Assembly (NCBI GenBank): GCA_002269645.1
Contig: NIVC01002248.1
Span: 1-31,603 of the forward strand
DNA length: 31,603 nt
DNA from: Macrostomum lignano
Lineage: Eukaryota
Direction of reading: 5' to 3'
Shown piece by piece: positions 21,001 to 31,603 of this stretch (position 1 is its first letter; each line of letters opens with the position of its first letter). Under the pieces are notes generated by a model. The model was not told where the DNA came from, made no database searches, and saw only the letters and a program-made list of their open reading frames with translations. The position numbers and the translations under genes were made by a program.

Positions 21001-21967
21001 TTGGGAAAGGAACCAGGATCTTTGGAGGCGATCATCAAGCGGAGAAAGCTCAAATATTACGGACATCAGACAAGAAAGGGAGCCATGGCAGATGTCTGTA
21101 TTCAATGAAAAATGGAGGGTGAAAAAAAGAAGAGAAAGACCAAAAAGGCAGTGGGAGGATGACCTGAAAGAATGAACCGGATGGACAAATGGAGAGGTTA
21201 AGAAGAGCAGCAAAGGACAGGCAAGGCAGTGGTGGCGGAAGCTGGTGCATGAATGGGCGCGCCCACGGCCATGACAGCTACTGTAAAGAAGAAGAAGAAT
21301 GTAAAAAACTTGGCATTTAGAAATAAATATACCTGAACTTGAGCTTGATCTTCAACCTCCTCCACAGGTGATCGCCGTGGACGCCAACGCCCGCAATCTG
21401 ATGCGAGTTCGCATGGCCCTGCGCGAAGCTACGTCGGCGAACCCGTCCGCGTCACCATCAGCCAGCAGCTCTGCCGCTCCGTACGGCTCCGTCAGCCTCC
21501 TGTGGAGCTTCATCAGTTCCGACAGGAGCCGCTTGGCCAGGCTGAACTATCCAGCTGATTGCAACATCGGCGGCGCCACCAAGTTCGCCCGCTCGGTGCC
21601 CGACCCCGTGGAGGTGATGCCGCTGGCCGCCGACCAGCTCGTCCAGCTGGTGCCCACGCGGATGGTGCTGCTGAAGCTGGACGCCGAAGGCGGCGAGGCC
21701 GACTTCCTGCGCACGGCCGGCCGCCTTTTCAAAGACAGGAAAGTGGCGGCCGTCCAGATGGAGTGGCTCAGCAGGCACCTCACGGGCACGGACTCCGCCG
21801 ATGCCCTGGCTTTCTTCAACTCGCACGGCTACACGGCCCACTCTGTAGACGGGAAAACACAATTGAATCAGGGGTGGACCCTAACCTGGCCAGATAATGT
21901 GCTTTGGGTTCAACGGGACTCCGGAACCATCGACACAATCTACCATCGTCTAACTCCGGAACCATAG
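18061..21967 (+). CDS. Type II membrane-anchored FkbM-family (Methyltransf_21-like) SAM-dependent methyltransferase, ~380 aa, 3 exons
   Basis: Exons 18061-18228 (MLSNMRWKK plus hydrophobic LLVFSIAVALTVAIVHWAAM; CAG|GTGAGT), 20376-20750 (branch-like CTAAT then TTTCCAG| acceptor) and 21368-21967, all phase 0, join without stops. FkbM motifs: LIDIGCNIGTYTLQAAALGFP|VIAVDAN, LLKLDAEGGE, VQMEW, GY..., DNVLW. Confidence 0.85.
18250..18970. repeat. Intronic tandem repeat, ~31-bp unit GGATCTACTGGGATTC(T/G)GTAGATCTACTATC
   Basis: About 22 copies directly visible in intron 1 of the methyltransferase gene; many contain the palindrome GTAGATCTAC. Confidence 0.95.
19781..20235. repeat. Intronic tandem repeat, 21-bp unit GATTAGATATGGATTGAGGTA
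   Basis: About 21 copies with variants; the + strand is nearly C-free. Confidence 0.95.
20770..21300 (+). mobile_element. 5'-truncated, decayed RTE-clade (BovB-like) LINE 3' end in intron 2 of the methyltransferase gene
   Basis: Broken frames give MIRLEELWRLKGVNLKNRLKITKAV, ESWTLG, FEMKSYRR, SLEAIIKRRKLKYYGH, KMEG.KRR.RPKRQWEDDLKE, all matching the RTE ORF C-terminus. It ends in a (GAA)n tail at ~21288-21299. Confidence 0.82.
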
Positions 21968-22290
21968 ACACAATCTAACATCAACGCCGAAACCATCGAC
22001 ACAATCTACCATTAACTCCGGAACCATCGACACAATCTACCATTGTCTAACTCCGGAACCATAGACACAATCTAACATCAACGCCGAAACCATCGACACA
22101 ATCTACCATTAACTCCGGAACCATCGACACAATCTACCATTGTCTAACTCCGGAACCATAGACACAATCTAACATCAACGCCGAAACCATCGACACAATC
22201 TACCATTAACTCCGGAACCATCGACACAATCTACCATTGTCTAACTCCGGAACCATAGACAACAATCAATAATTGTCTAAATTCGGAACC
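21918..22290. repeat. Tandem repeat of 31-35-bp subunits (ACTCCGGAACCATCGACACAATCTACCAT...) with a 97-bp higher-order period, overlapping the methyltransferase stop codon
   Basis: The marker ACCATAG recurs at 21961, 22058, 22155 and 22252. Confidence 0.93.
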
Positions 22291-22920
22291 AGACACAGTC
22301 TCACCTTGTGGAACTAACCGAAGCATCAAGTAGCCAAAATGAGTTTTGAATACCACAGAGTTAAGAAAAAAAACAATTGGGTCCCAGGGGTCTTTGTCTT
22401 TGCTATTCTTTCAGGCGTTTTGTCTCTGAATTTAGGATTTTTTTCGACGGGTTCAAATATTGCGCGGTTAAAACTTTCCCTGCCTTGGATTCACGCTCAT
22501 TGTCCCTGTACTTTGTGCCTCTGTAGCGTATGCTCGCACAGTTCCCAAAGCGAATTTCAATTTATTATTCTAATTTCTTCGTACTATTGCACTTTTCGCG
22601 CAAAGGCATTTCCAAGGCGCAGAATGCTTTGGTACTTTTAAATCTATATTAGGTTACTAAATTTGTGTTGTGCAATCAGTTAATTTAATCTACCATAATA
22701 ATAGCTCTAAAGCCATAGTCACGGTACTATTATCGACTATTTTAATTTATAACTTCAGTGGCTGTTCGTGCGATTTTTAGTCGTGCTTTTTTCCAAGAAA
22801 TGCAATAAAAGATGAAACCTTTCCGTTTAACAAAGTCACGAAGTGTGCAAAGTTTGACTAGAGCTTCTTGTCGAAATCAATTCGAATTCGAAGACCCTGT
22901 GTGAGTGTGTGCTTGAGTTG

Positions 22921-23604
22921 CTATTGGCTGATGAAAGTTAAAAATAATTCCCTGTAGGACTTGACTGGCTGCTGAATCAGTCAGGGGGAATTCGAAGATC
23001 GGGGTGTGAGTTTGACTTTGAGTGTTTTCGTAGAATACGCTCGTATTGTAGCAGTATGTCTCTGTCTCTGTGTCTCTGTGTTACCTGTTAACTCTATATT
23101 TACATCTTAATAGTAGGAACATTGGACTGGTGGCAGCGACCATAATCAAGAATTCATAATTTAGGAATTTTATGCACCTAGAGCTAGCTGTATTAATAAT
23201 CGGCATCTTAATAATTATGTACTGCTCCGATAACGATACAGTGGTCGTTTGAAATCGGTAACATTCGTTATCACTTCAACCTTAGTGTTAAAGAGGAAAA
23301 TCCTTGCCACAAGAGGATTATCCCAGACAGCAATAGGAGACGTAATTTCAACCCTCGCTGCTAAATAAAAAACAAAACCAGTTAAGGCTCAGACCGGTCG
23401 CCCATTCCAGTCTCTTTGTGATTAATGATCAGGGCCGGTGAGACGTCCGCAGGCAACAGCGTGATGCTTTATTTAGGCTATTCTACCTACAAGCATGTCT
23501 AGCTGCTGAAAATTTGAAGGAAATCCAAAGATGTATTTGATAGACTGATTCAGCAGCCAATCACGTCCTACAGGGGATTATTTTTAACTTTCATCAGCCA
23601 ATAG
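22921..23604. repeat. 62-bp inverted repeat pair (22921-22982 / 23543-23604) around a 560-bp spacer; possible MITE or foldback remnant
   Basis: The left arm is the reverse complement of the right arm with 3 mismatches in 62. No target-site duplication seen. Confidence 0.8.
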
Positions 23605-23869
23605 ATTCCTAGGGGGGGGGGGTAAATTCCAAGTTTGGAGGAGAGAACTCGACCATAGACTATTTCAGATGAGCAATCCAGTGTATTCCTTCATCCATGG
23701 TTATAATCTTATGACTGATTGAGTGGCCCGGTCAAAGAATATGTAGCTATCTCTATGGCAAATGTCACAAAAACAAAGCTCTCAGACAAGATTCTATCCC
23801 ACGCGTTTGAGCTATAAATGTTAACGCAAATGCATTAGGCATGAGTGTGGAGTTGTCAAGGCAACAAAA

Positions 23870-25198
23870 ATGATGCGCGATCAACTATTCCACCTGTTCG
23901 TCCTTCTCATCAGCGCTGCCGTGGCGACACTTGCTTTCCGTGAGTAATGCGCGTGTATGCATGTATTGGATTGAAGTTTGTTAGTTTTCTGGTTGCAAGT
24001 CTGGAGACAGTAGTAGTAATGAAGTGCAATGGCTCAGCTAGAGAAGACAGCCTGAGCTGGTTGGCCAATACGAAAGAAACTGCGTCATTTTGTTTACTGA
24101 ATCTTTGTAGTCTAATGAGTCTAGACGAATATTTTCTATGAAATTGTTGAACTTGAGTAAAAGAAAAAGCAAACTATTGCATGAAACGACGTACGTACTA
24201 TTGCATGGAACAGATTAGTAACGAGAAACATAGTTTAAAGTATAATTTGGTTTGTTGGTATACAATGTGTTTTATGAAGTGAGTAAATTGTAAATGTGAG
24301 AACAAAAGCAATAAAATCCGTCATTTCATTTCATAAAAATGAATTAACATCGTTATGGAATATTAATAAAAAATATTAAGCATTGTCATATTGCACCGGA
24401 ATTCAATTGAAAAATTTAAAGGTTAATACAGCGAATGCATCCTTGAAGCGAAGAATAATTGAAGATAACAAAATAATGAAAAAAAGAAGAAATGAACTAC
24501 CGGCACAAAAGTTGCAGACAGGAAGCAACATCCTGGAATGTGTTACCGCGCAAAGTTTTAAATATACTCCACCCCTTTCAGCCAAGCCCGAGATGGTGCT
24601 GTTTTCGGCCGAGGGCGGTACCGACGAAGAACCTTCGACGGTATTTTTCTACGGTGACGGCGCTGCGAGCGGGAATCGGACCAACGCAACAAAAATTGAA
24701 ACAATTTACCGCTCTGCCTTGCTGGACGACCTGAGCAACGCTCTGCTGCAGTACAACGCCGATATCATTGTGGTTGAACTGCGGCAGAAAGCCAACCGAG
24801 TAGCTTCGGCGTGGTTTGACGTTAGCGACAAGACCGGGCTGAATACTTCCAACTGGTTCAGTCCGGAGCGGCTCCTGTACACCATCCCGTTTTGGATGTA
24901 CAACAACGGCCGCTCGGCGCCGAAATTCGCTCATTTCAGCATCGCTGGACACAACCGCAGCAGCTCCTCCAACAGGACGTTTTACATCCACAAGTTCGAT
25001 GATCGCGACTGCGACAATGATCGCGGCTTTATGGGGATTGTAGAAAGCGACAAAGACGATTGTCTAATGCCGTTTGCCAACAAGGCTGGTTTCACAAAGC
25101 TCCCTATTTTTTTCTACGCAAAGTACGACGCCCCGTACTTGGAGAAAGTTGTGGGCTTTGCCGACCATCTGCTGATCTACATGGATCATATTGTCTGA
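23870..25198 (+). CDS. Secreted protein of unknown function, ~228 aa, 2 exons (signal peptide plus one globular domain)
   Basis: Exon 1 23870-23939 (AAAAATG; MMRDQLFHLFVLLISAAVATLAF; phase-1 donor GTGAGT) joins exon 2 24582-25198 (TTTCAG| acceptor) in frame. The mature part has NWFSPERLL, FSIAGH, RTFYI, C.ND.GFMGIV, C, PIFFYAK, GFADHLLIYM, two Cys and several N-x-S/T sequons. Confidence 0.8.
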
Positions 25199-25964
25199 AA
25201 AGCAGTTTTAATGGATATGGGAAACGCGCTATTTAAAGAGTCAATTTCGTATTTGAGGCCCTATGTGATAACGGTTCTACTTTCATTATTCGTTTAAAAA
25301 AACCCTTAGCCTGACGCATGTCGATCCGGATGTGCTCCCTATATATATATCAACGCAACACCAGGCTTGTCTTGAGATGTTTGCGATTTTGTGAGTAGTG
25401 AATTAGTAAAAAACTTAAATTTTGCATATATGTACAGCTACATTTAGGGTCGCTGTCCCGCATAGGCGCTGATCGTATATGTGGTCTGCACCCCACATTG
25501 AATGCACGTTCATCACGTACGAACGCACAAACCATGCTTTGAGTACTTGAGAGAAGTCCTTGTCACGCATGCATCATGCAGCTGCAGATCCACCTTAGTT
25601 CACGGAAAATTGGCACTTTCATGTCACATAAGTGCATAATATTACCCATCTTTATTTCAACATTACAGATATTTGATCAGTAAAGTTTGGAAAAAATAAT
25701 GCCTCACATGCTTTTAATTAAGAACCTATATAGAATATCCGACCATAAGACCCAAATTTGAAAATATTTCTATGTTAGTTCATCGTTTCCATTTGATTGA
25801 ATTGTCGCAAAAATTATGAGGATAAAAGCTCCTTAGACTACTTGTACATTTGACAAGTATGCCCATGTCATAGATAGTAACCCTAATAGCTGCAAGCAGA
25901 TTTCCCACCCATCTGTTTTGCGAAGAGGAAGTTTATGATGGTTATGCAACAACAGAATACGCGA

Positions 25965-27670
25965 TTGGCGTCACGGGCAGGTCGCGAATGAACGCCACGC
26001 CGCCGGCCGAATCCGGGGCGCCGGCGTCAGCCAGCAGGAAATCGACGAAACGCCGAGTGCGCGCCTACCCCCGCCGGTAGGGTGACTGCAGCGTTAGCAG
26101 CAGCACCTCCTGCACCGGCTCTGGGCAGTACGACTCGGCGCGGATGATTTGGCCTGCCAGCTGGAGTCGCCGACGGCGCAACAGGTCGCCGCTTGGACGG
26201 ACCAGGCCGGCGCGGTGATACAAAGCCGCGTTGGTCCACTCGCTCGTAGCCGATCTTGAAGGCGGCGCGCAGCAGGCCAGCGTGCGCCGCGTCAACTTGT
26301 TGTTCGAGCTACTCCGTCAGCGTCCAGGTCTCGGCGTTGTACAGCAGGACGGTCTCGATCACCACCTGGAACGACGCCGCCCTCTGGCGGTCAGGTAAGG
26401 CCTCGGACTGCACGACTGCCCTCACAGAACGAAAGGCAGCCCAGGCAAGCCCGCGTCGACGCTGCAAATCCTCGCACACGCCGCGGGAACCAGACCGCCG
26501 AGGTAGACGAACTGCTGACAACGCGGAAGCTCTGTTGCCCGTCCATCAGCACCTCGTCTCAAAATCGCAGCCTCGATGTCGTCCGGCACGCAGAGCATGA
26601 CGGTCTTCTACGTGTTGACCACCAGGTCGACACTTTCCCAACAGCAACTAGCTTGTCCAGTTGTCGCTGGGCGCCCTCGACAGTTGAGGACAGCAGGGCG
26701 AAGTCGTCGGCGTAGCCAAGCAAACAGAAACAGAAAGTTGTCGTCGTTGATAGGAAGAGCGGTCCGCAGCACCCAGTCAAGCATCAGAACGAACAGGAAT
26801 GGCGCAAGCGTATCTCTCTGTAGCACCCCGGAGGATGTCTTAAAGAAGTCCGATAGGCCGTCCGGTGTTTAAACAGCAGCTTTCGTATCACGGTACATCG
26901 CCATGATGGCGGAAATCAGCTGCTCTGGCACGTTGTACGCACGGAGCACCTTTGGGAGCTCAGACCTGACGACCGAGTCGAATGCTTTCTTGAAATCTAT
27001 GAAGATAACAATAGGATCGACTGGCATATCTGTGCTTCCTCGATGACTCGCCGAAGAGCCAGCTGATCTGCGTCACTAGCTGTGCCGCGATGGGGCCGGA
27101 AGCCGATCTGCTCAAGGACGCAGGTACGGATCCAGCACGGGCTGCAACCGCGATAACAGCATCCGGTTGAACAACTTCGCAGAGCAGGACTGAAGGCAGA
27201 TACCTCGATGCTCCTCAAGCCTCGTGGTGCCCGGTTTCTTAGGAACTGCGACGATGTGCGCCGTGGTCCATTCGTTAGGTGCCTCGATCCTCACCGAAGA
27301 GCGTACGCGATTAATCACTCTGGCGACCTCACTGGCCACACAGTGGATGCGCAGCGCCTCGATGGGCACCTCGTCCGGACCCAGCGCTTACCCGCCCGGT
27401 GACTGTTGGGCGAGCCTCACAACGTCGGCTGTGCTGACTGATGCTAGGCTGAAACTCTCCTCTGCCGGCAACGGCATCTCCGGCGGCAGCGTCAGACTGT
27501 CTGGCAGCGGGGATAGCGGCGCGTTGACAATGGCGGCGAAAAACTCATGTAGCTCGTTCCCGCGCTCGTCAGAGTCGACTGCCAGGTTTAGCGGAATGCG
27601 CTGCTTTCGCCCCCGTCAGAGAATTATGATTATGCTACATGTACCTCGCTCAGCTCGGCAGGCGTCAATT
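25965..27670 (-). mobile_element. Decayed non-LTR retrotransposon (RTE/RTEX-like) reverse-transcriptase region and C-terminus
   Basis: Minus-strand fragments in several frames: WTTAHIVAVPKKPG, HRGICLQSCSAKLFNRMLLSRL, EQIGFRPHRG, IFIDFKKAFDS (~26975-27007), SSGVLQRDTLAPFLF, GYADDF (26703-26714), LLYNAETWTLT, LAGQIIR. It contains stops and frameshifts, and no endonuclease domain was seen. Confidence 0.92.
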
Positions 27671-30225
27671 TGAGCTCATCCCAAGCAGAGATCTATCTGT
27701 CTATCCATCTATAAATCCATCTATCCATCTTGTCTTTCTAATAACAGTATGGCAGTCCCTGTTATAAGATTCGTAGCTCATTACTTTATTTGCTTAATGT
27801 TAAGCAAAAGTAATCAGTTAAAACAAAAACTATATAGTTCGCACTTTGTAGAGCCGCGAAATCGTATCTTAACGTTTGAAGAATTCGTAGGCAAAAGTAT
27901 GTTCTTAATTTTAATAAATTTATGAGATCACATATAAAAAGCGAAAAATGTGATGATTCAAAACATGCGCAACTTATCAAGTTGTAAGTCGATCTCATCA
28001 TCCTCAATGCATCTCAAGCGTCCGCTGGTAACTGTGCTATCAAGAGACAATATAACTATTTGGGCCCGTGTGCCCTACTTGGAGTGTTTGTTTTCGTTTT
28101 AACTCAAGTTAGAGAATTTTCTCTTCTTTTCTTTACAGGAGCAAATGAACTGAAACTTTGTTGCGTTTTTGGTCAAGACTGAGTTGCATGGCAGATGATG
28201 GCTGTATGTTATTTTTATGTTATGCTTTTATTTGCTGTTATTTATACTTCCTAAGTTCCTACGCCCTATTAAATTCAAGAAAGCATTATTTTTTACTTCT
28301 TTATTAATTTACTAGCAATAACTGACAGGCAGTCCAGTTAATATATATAATATAAGCCTATGGCTATAATATGGCTCAGCCATAATTATAACAACTTTTG
28401 ACATTTCTATGGCCGTCGGCCAGCCATAAAAAATTAGTATTTACTGTATTCAGGCTATATCTATGGCTTAGCCATAAAAATAACCCCCACCCATAATATA
28501 GGCCTATTATGATGTTGCCTTTGGTATTAGGACTATTAAGCTTAGGCAATTTTTAGTTTGTTATACTTATAGGCAAGTTGCCTATAGCCATAGGTATATT
28601 TAATGCAGGTCTATTAGTTCCAAATCCAGTATACCAATTCTTCAGTTTCTTGACTTTATTAATTAGCATAGAGTCATAGACTTCTAGGCAGCTAGGCTAA
28701 GCCTAACCTATTATTTATAGGATCAGCTAGACTAATATAATTCATAAATTTTTATCTAGGCCTATTTTTATATATAACTATATATATATATATAAATATA
28801 AATATCTGTATCATTGAAAATATAATAAAAAATGTTGCTACAGCAGAATCATTTTTATATTGGCCTAGTATTGGCAATTTATAGATTTGGACTAGGCCTA
28901 TAATATATATTTTACATATAAAGATCTTTGACTTTATGGGTAAAGATCTTTATATAAGTGTTTTATATTTTCTAGGCAGTGATGGACACATTGGGCCTAC
29001 TCAAAAAAATAATGTGTAATAAAGTGACAATTGTCATCATATTGTCATAAGGCAATGTAAAAAATCAATAATAAAAATAATGATTATTATTTGTTATTTT
29101 AATCTTTTTATTTTTCGGTAAAGAACTATTTTAACACTACTGTTTTACTATTTTACAAGGGATATCCTAGTTGTAATGTCACTTTTGCTTGCTTGTAAAG
29201 TTTTAATATGTATTAAAAAATCATATGCCTTAAAAGTTAGTGGCTTATTTTAGCTTTTATACTAATTATAGCACAAGAGTCTAATTTTTTATAAGGGCTT
29301 TTATTGTAAGCAGCATGCATTTGTTTGCATACTCTTAGCCATAGAAATACATACCGCATAATGCTTCTATGTTTATTTAAAAGAGAACCACAAGTAAAGC
29401 TGATCAAGCACAGAGTTTCAAGACAATAGCTGCAAGACTTGTTCCTATCATGTATCCTAACTTTTGCCAACCACTTTTGGGTAAGTTGGCAACATATTGT
29501 TAGCCAGCCTTGAATTGTTCAATCTACCTATAAACCTGTAAACTGAGATGTTGCCCAATCAAAGGTAAGTTGCTACTTTCACTTAGAGCAGTCAGTCTAG
29601 CTAGCTAACTGGCTACATGGCTACAAATAAAATTTCAAAGCATGTTCATTTTTAAGATCATTTTAGGTAGTAGACAACACTTAAAGGATATCAGATTCTT
29701 ACATATTTGTATTTTTGGTTTTAAGTATTTTTCTTCCCTGGGATACAAACTTAGGTTGGGTAATTTGAGATCTCAGATCTTAGTTCTATTGAATTTATTG
29801 CCTTCCAAACTTTACTTCCTTGTGAACTTTGAAATCAATCAATGAAAAGAATATTTAGTAAGAATACACTCTTAGAATTCCATGGGACACAATTCATTGG
29901 GCACTGGGAATGGAAATTGGGGCTGAGGTTGCTATTCAGATGCTAGAGGCCTGCTATTGGCTAGGGAACACCCTAAATTCTTTAAATACTTTTGGTTATA
30001 TGCAATCGAATGAAAAATAATAATATAAGATCTCATTTATTACATGCTAAGAAATCAATAAACTATTCCCAATTTTAAGGCATTGTAAGTCCTGACTGCA
30101 CCGACTATGATATTGGCCATGGGAAATATCATTAGCCTGATTTATAGAAAGCATAAATCAAATCAGCCAGACTGTCACTAAAATACATGGCCTAAATGTA
30201 CATTGCAGCCCCAGCCGGCCTAGCT

Positions 30226-31566
30226 ATGCAGCAGCAGTTTCAATTTGATGACAAATTCTTTCGCGACAGAGGGAACGATTATTTCCGCCGGGATGACTTT
30301 CACCCGGCTCTGCTGCTCTACTCCTTCTGCGTCGGCCTGATTGACAAGACTACCAAGGACAAGACCGCCAAGGCTAAGGTCCTGTGCAACAGGGCTGCCT
30401 GTTGGCGCAAGCTCTCGGCAATGCAGTCGGCGTACGAGGATGCCCTGAATGCGCTTAAATGCGACAAGAAGTACTGGCGAGTAAGGCTGGCTTGCTGTTT
30501 GCTTAGTTTGAACTTTTAATTGTCTTGGCTTGGCAAAGCAGTGTCTCTGTGCCCGGCTTTAAGGCGTAAGCAAACTCTAGTGGTGCAGCCAGAGCTACTA
30601 ACAATATGCGCGACAGTTTAGGCTGGAATGCCGAGGAATGCTATGCTTGGCTTAGGGATTAAGAGGGCCAAACTGAACTTTCTACTGAACTGACAGTAGC
30701 TTACACGCAAATGTGCTCAAGGGTGTAACTGCTTATTATAGCTATAGCATGTGTTCCAAAATGTAAGATCTCCCCTATATTATCCCCTAGTGAAAGTCCC
30801 CATATATTACTCCCTAGTGAAAATCTCCCCTCTATTACCCTCCTATGGGAAATTTCCCCTGTTATCCCCGTAGTGAAAATCTCCCCTCTATGATCCCCTC
30901 TCAAATTTTTCTAATCAAACATGGCCTACCCCGCCCCCGCATCGCCAGTCCTACCACTGGCTGGCCCAGATCCACAAGGACATTGGTCTCTCCGACTATG
31001 CGCCTCGCGTCATCGTCGCCTGCTTCGCCAACTGTGAATTTCCTCGCGACGAGTTCAGCGCGAATTCAGCCGTTGAGATGTACATCGAATACCTGGAGAC
31101 GGCCGCCCCGGCTGGCTACTCGAGCCAGTTGAGAAATAATGGGACCCCGGTTGAGTCAGCCAACGGCCCCAGCAACGGCGGCATTCAGCAGCTGGGCCTG
31201 TCCAGCGCCTCCTGGAACTGCCTCCTAGCCGAGCTGAAACGGCAGCAGCGCCGACCGCAGCTGGCCTTCACCCTGGCCGAGCTCCGACGCCAGACCGGCC
31301 CGGCTATTGAGCTGGCCGCCCCGTTCAGCGACCCGGCCTACCTCATCGACCTGGCTGGGGGGAGCGGCGCCCAGTCGCTGCGCCAGTCTGAACTTGTCAA
31401 CGTTGTTGAAAATCTGTCAGTCAAGGGCGGCGGCGGCTGGAATGCCAGCATGTTTGACCGCGTCTGGCCGTCGCTGACCCCGGATCGGGTCACCGAGCCG
31501 GCTTTTCGAGTTCGGGTGGCCGAGTCGCTGACGCGCCTGGCGCTCACGCTGGCGCCACATACGCAG
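30226..31566 (+). CDS. TPR-repeat protein, 5' part (continues beyond the window)
   Basis: Exon 30226-30480 (FRDRGNDYFRRDDFHPALLLYS...KVLCNRAACWRKLSAMQSAYEDALNALKCDKKYWR; donor GTAAGG) joins in phase 0 to exon 30949-31566 (SYHWLAQIHKDIG...; donor CAG|GTAC). This completes a typical three-TPR clamp. The start codon is uncertain because an acceptor at 30208 precedes it. Confidence 0.8.
30765..30901. repeat. Short intronic tandem repeat, ~28-bp unit AAATCTCCCCTCTATTATCCCCTAGTGA, about 5 diverged copies
   Basis: Directly visible inside the TPR gene intron 30481-30948. Confidence 0.8.
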
Positions 31567-31603
31567 GTACTGAATCTGTGGGTGTTTGGGGAAGGTTGAG
31601 ATT

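Noticed and set aside
811-22290. CRISPR-like appearance of the regularly spaced repeats
   Set aside because: Units are directly adjacent with no unique spacers, there are no cas genes, and the context is eukaryotic.
24383-24581. Lys-rich N-terminal 66 aa of ORF 24383..25198
   Set aside because: AT-rich intron sequence upstream of the acceptor at 24581; the real N-terminus is the signal-peptide exon.

Overview
Eukaryotic (animal) genomic DNA, not prokaryotic. It has GC-rich, low-complexity spliced exons separated by AT-rich introns and spacers, with about nine tandem-repeat arrays. The style suggests a lophotrochozoan such as the flatworm Macrostomum, which is an inference only. All recognisable genes are on the + strand. 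In order: (1) the 3' end of an unidentified gene; (2) a SETD2/Set2-architecture gene (RS-rich N-terminus, AWS-SET-postSET, TFIIS-N-like helical domain, WW, SRI) whose SET active-site motifs are all substituted, i.e. a candidate pseudo-methyltransferase; (3) xbp1, with an ERSE+UPRE+TATA promoter and a 23-nt IRE1-type unconventional intron that switches reading frame; (4) a type II membrane-anchored FkbM-family methyltransferase; (5) a small secreted single-domain protein of unknown function; (6) the 5' part of a TPR protein. Mobile DNA: two decayed RTE-type LINE fragments, a tRNA-derived CORE-like SINE and a 62-bp inverted-repeat pair. All seven frameshifts I could locate in coding sequence are single-base losses, which suggests long-read consensus errors. 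Most ORFs in the supplied track are antisense shadows or satellite artefacts.
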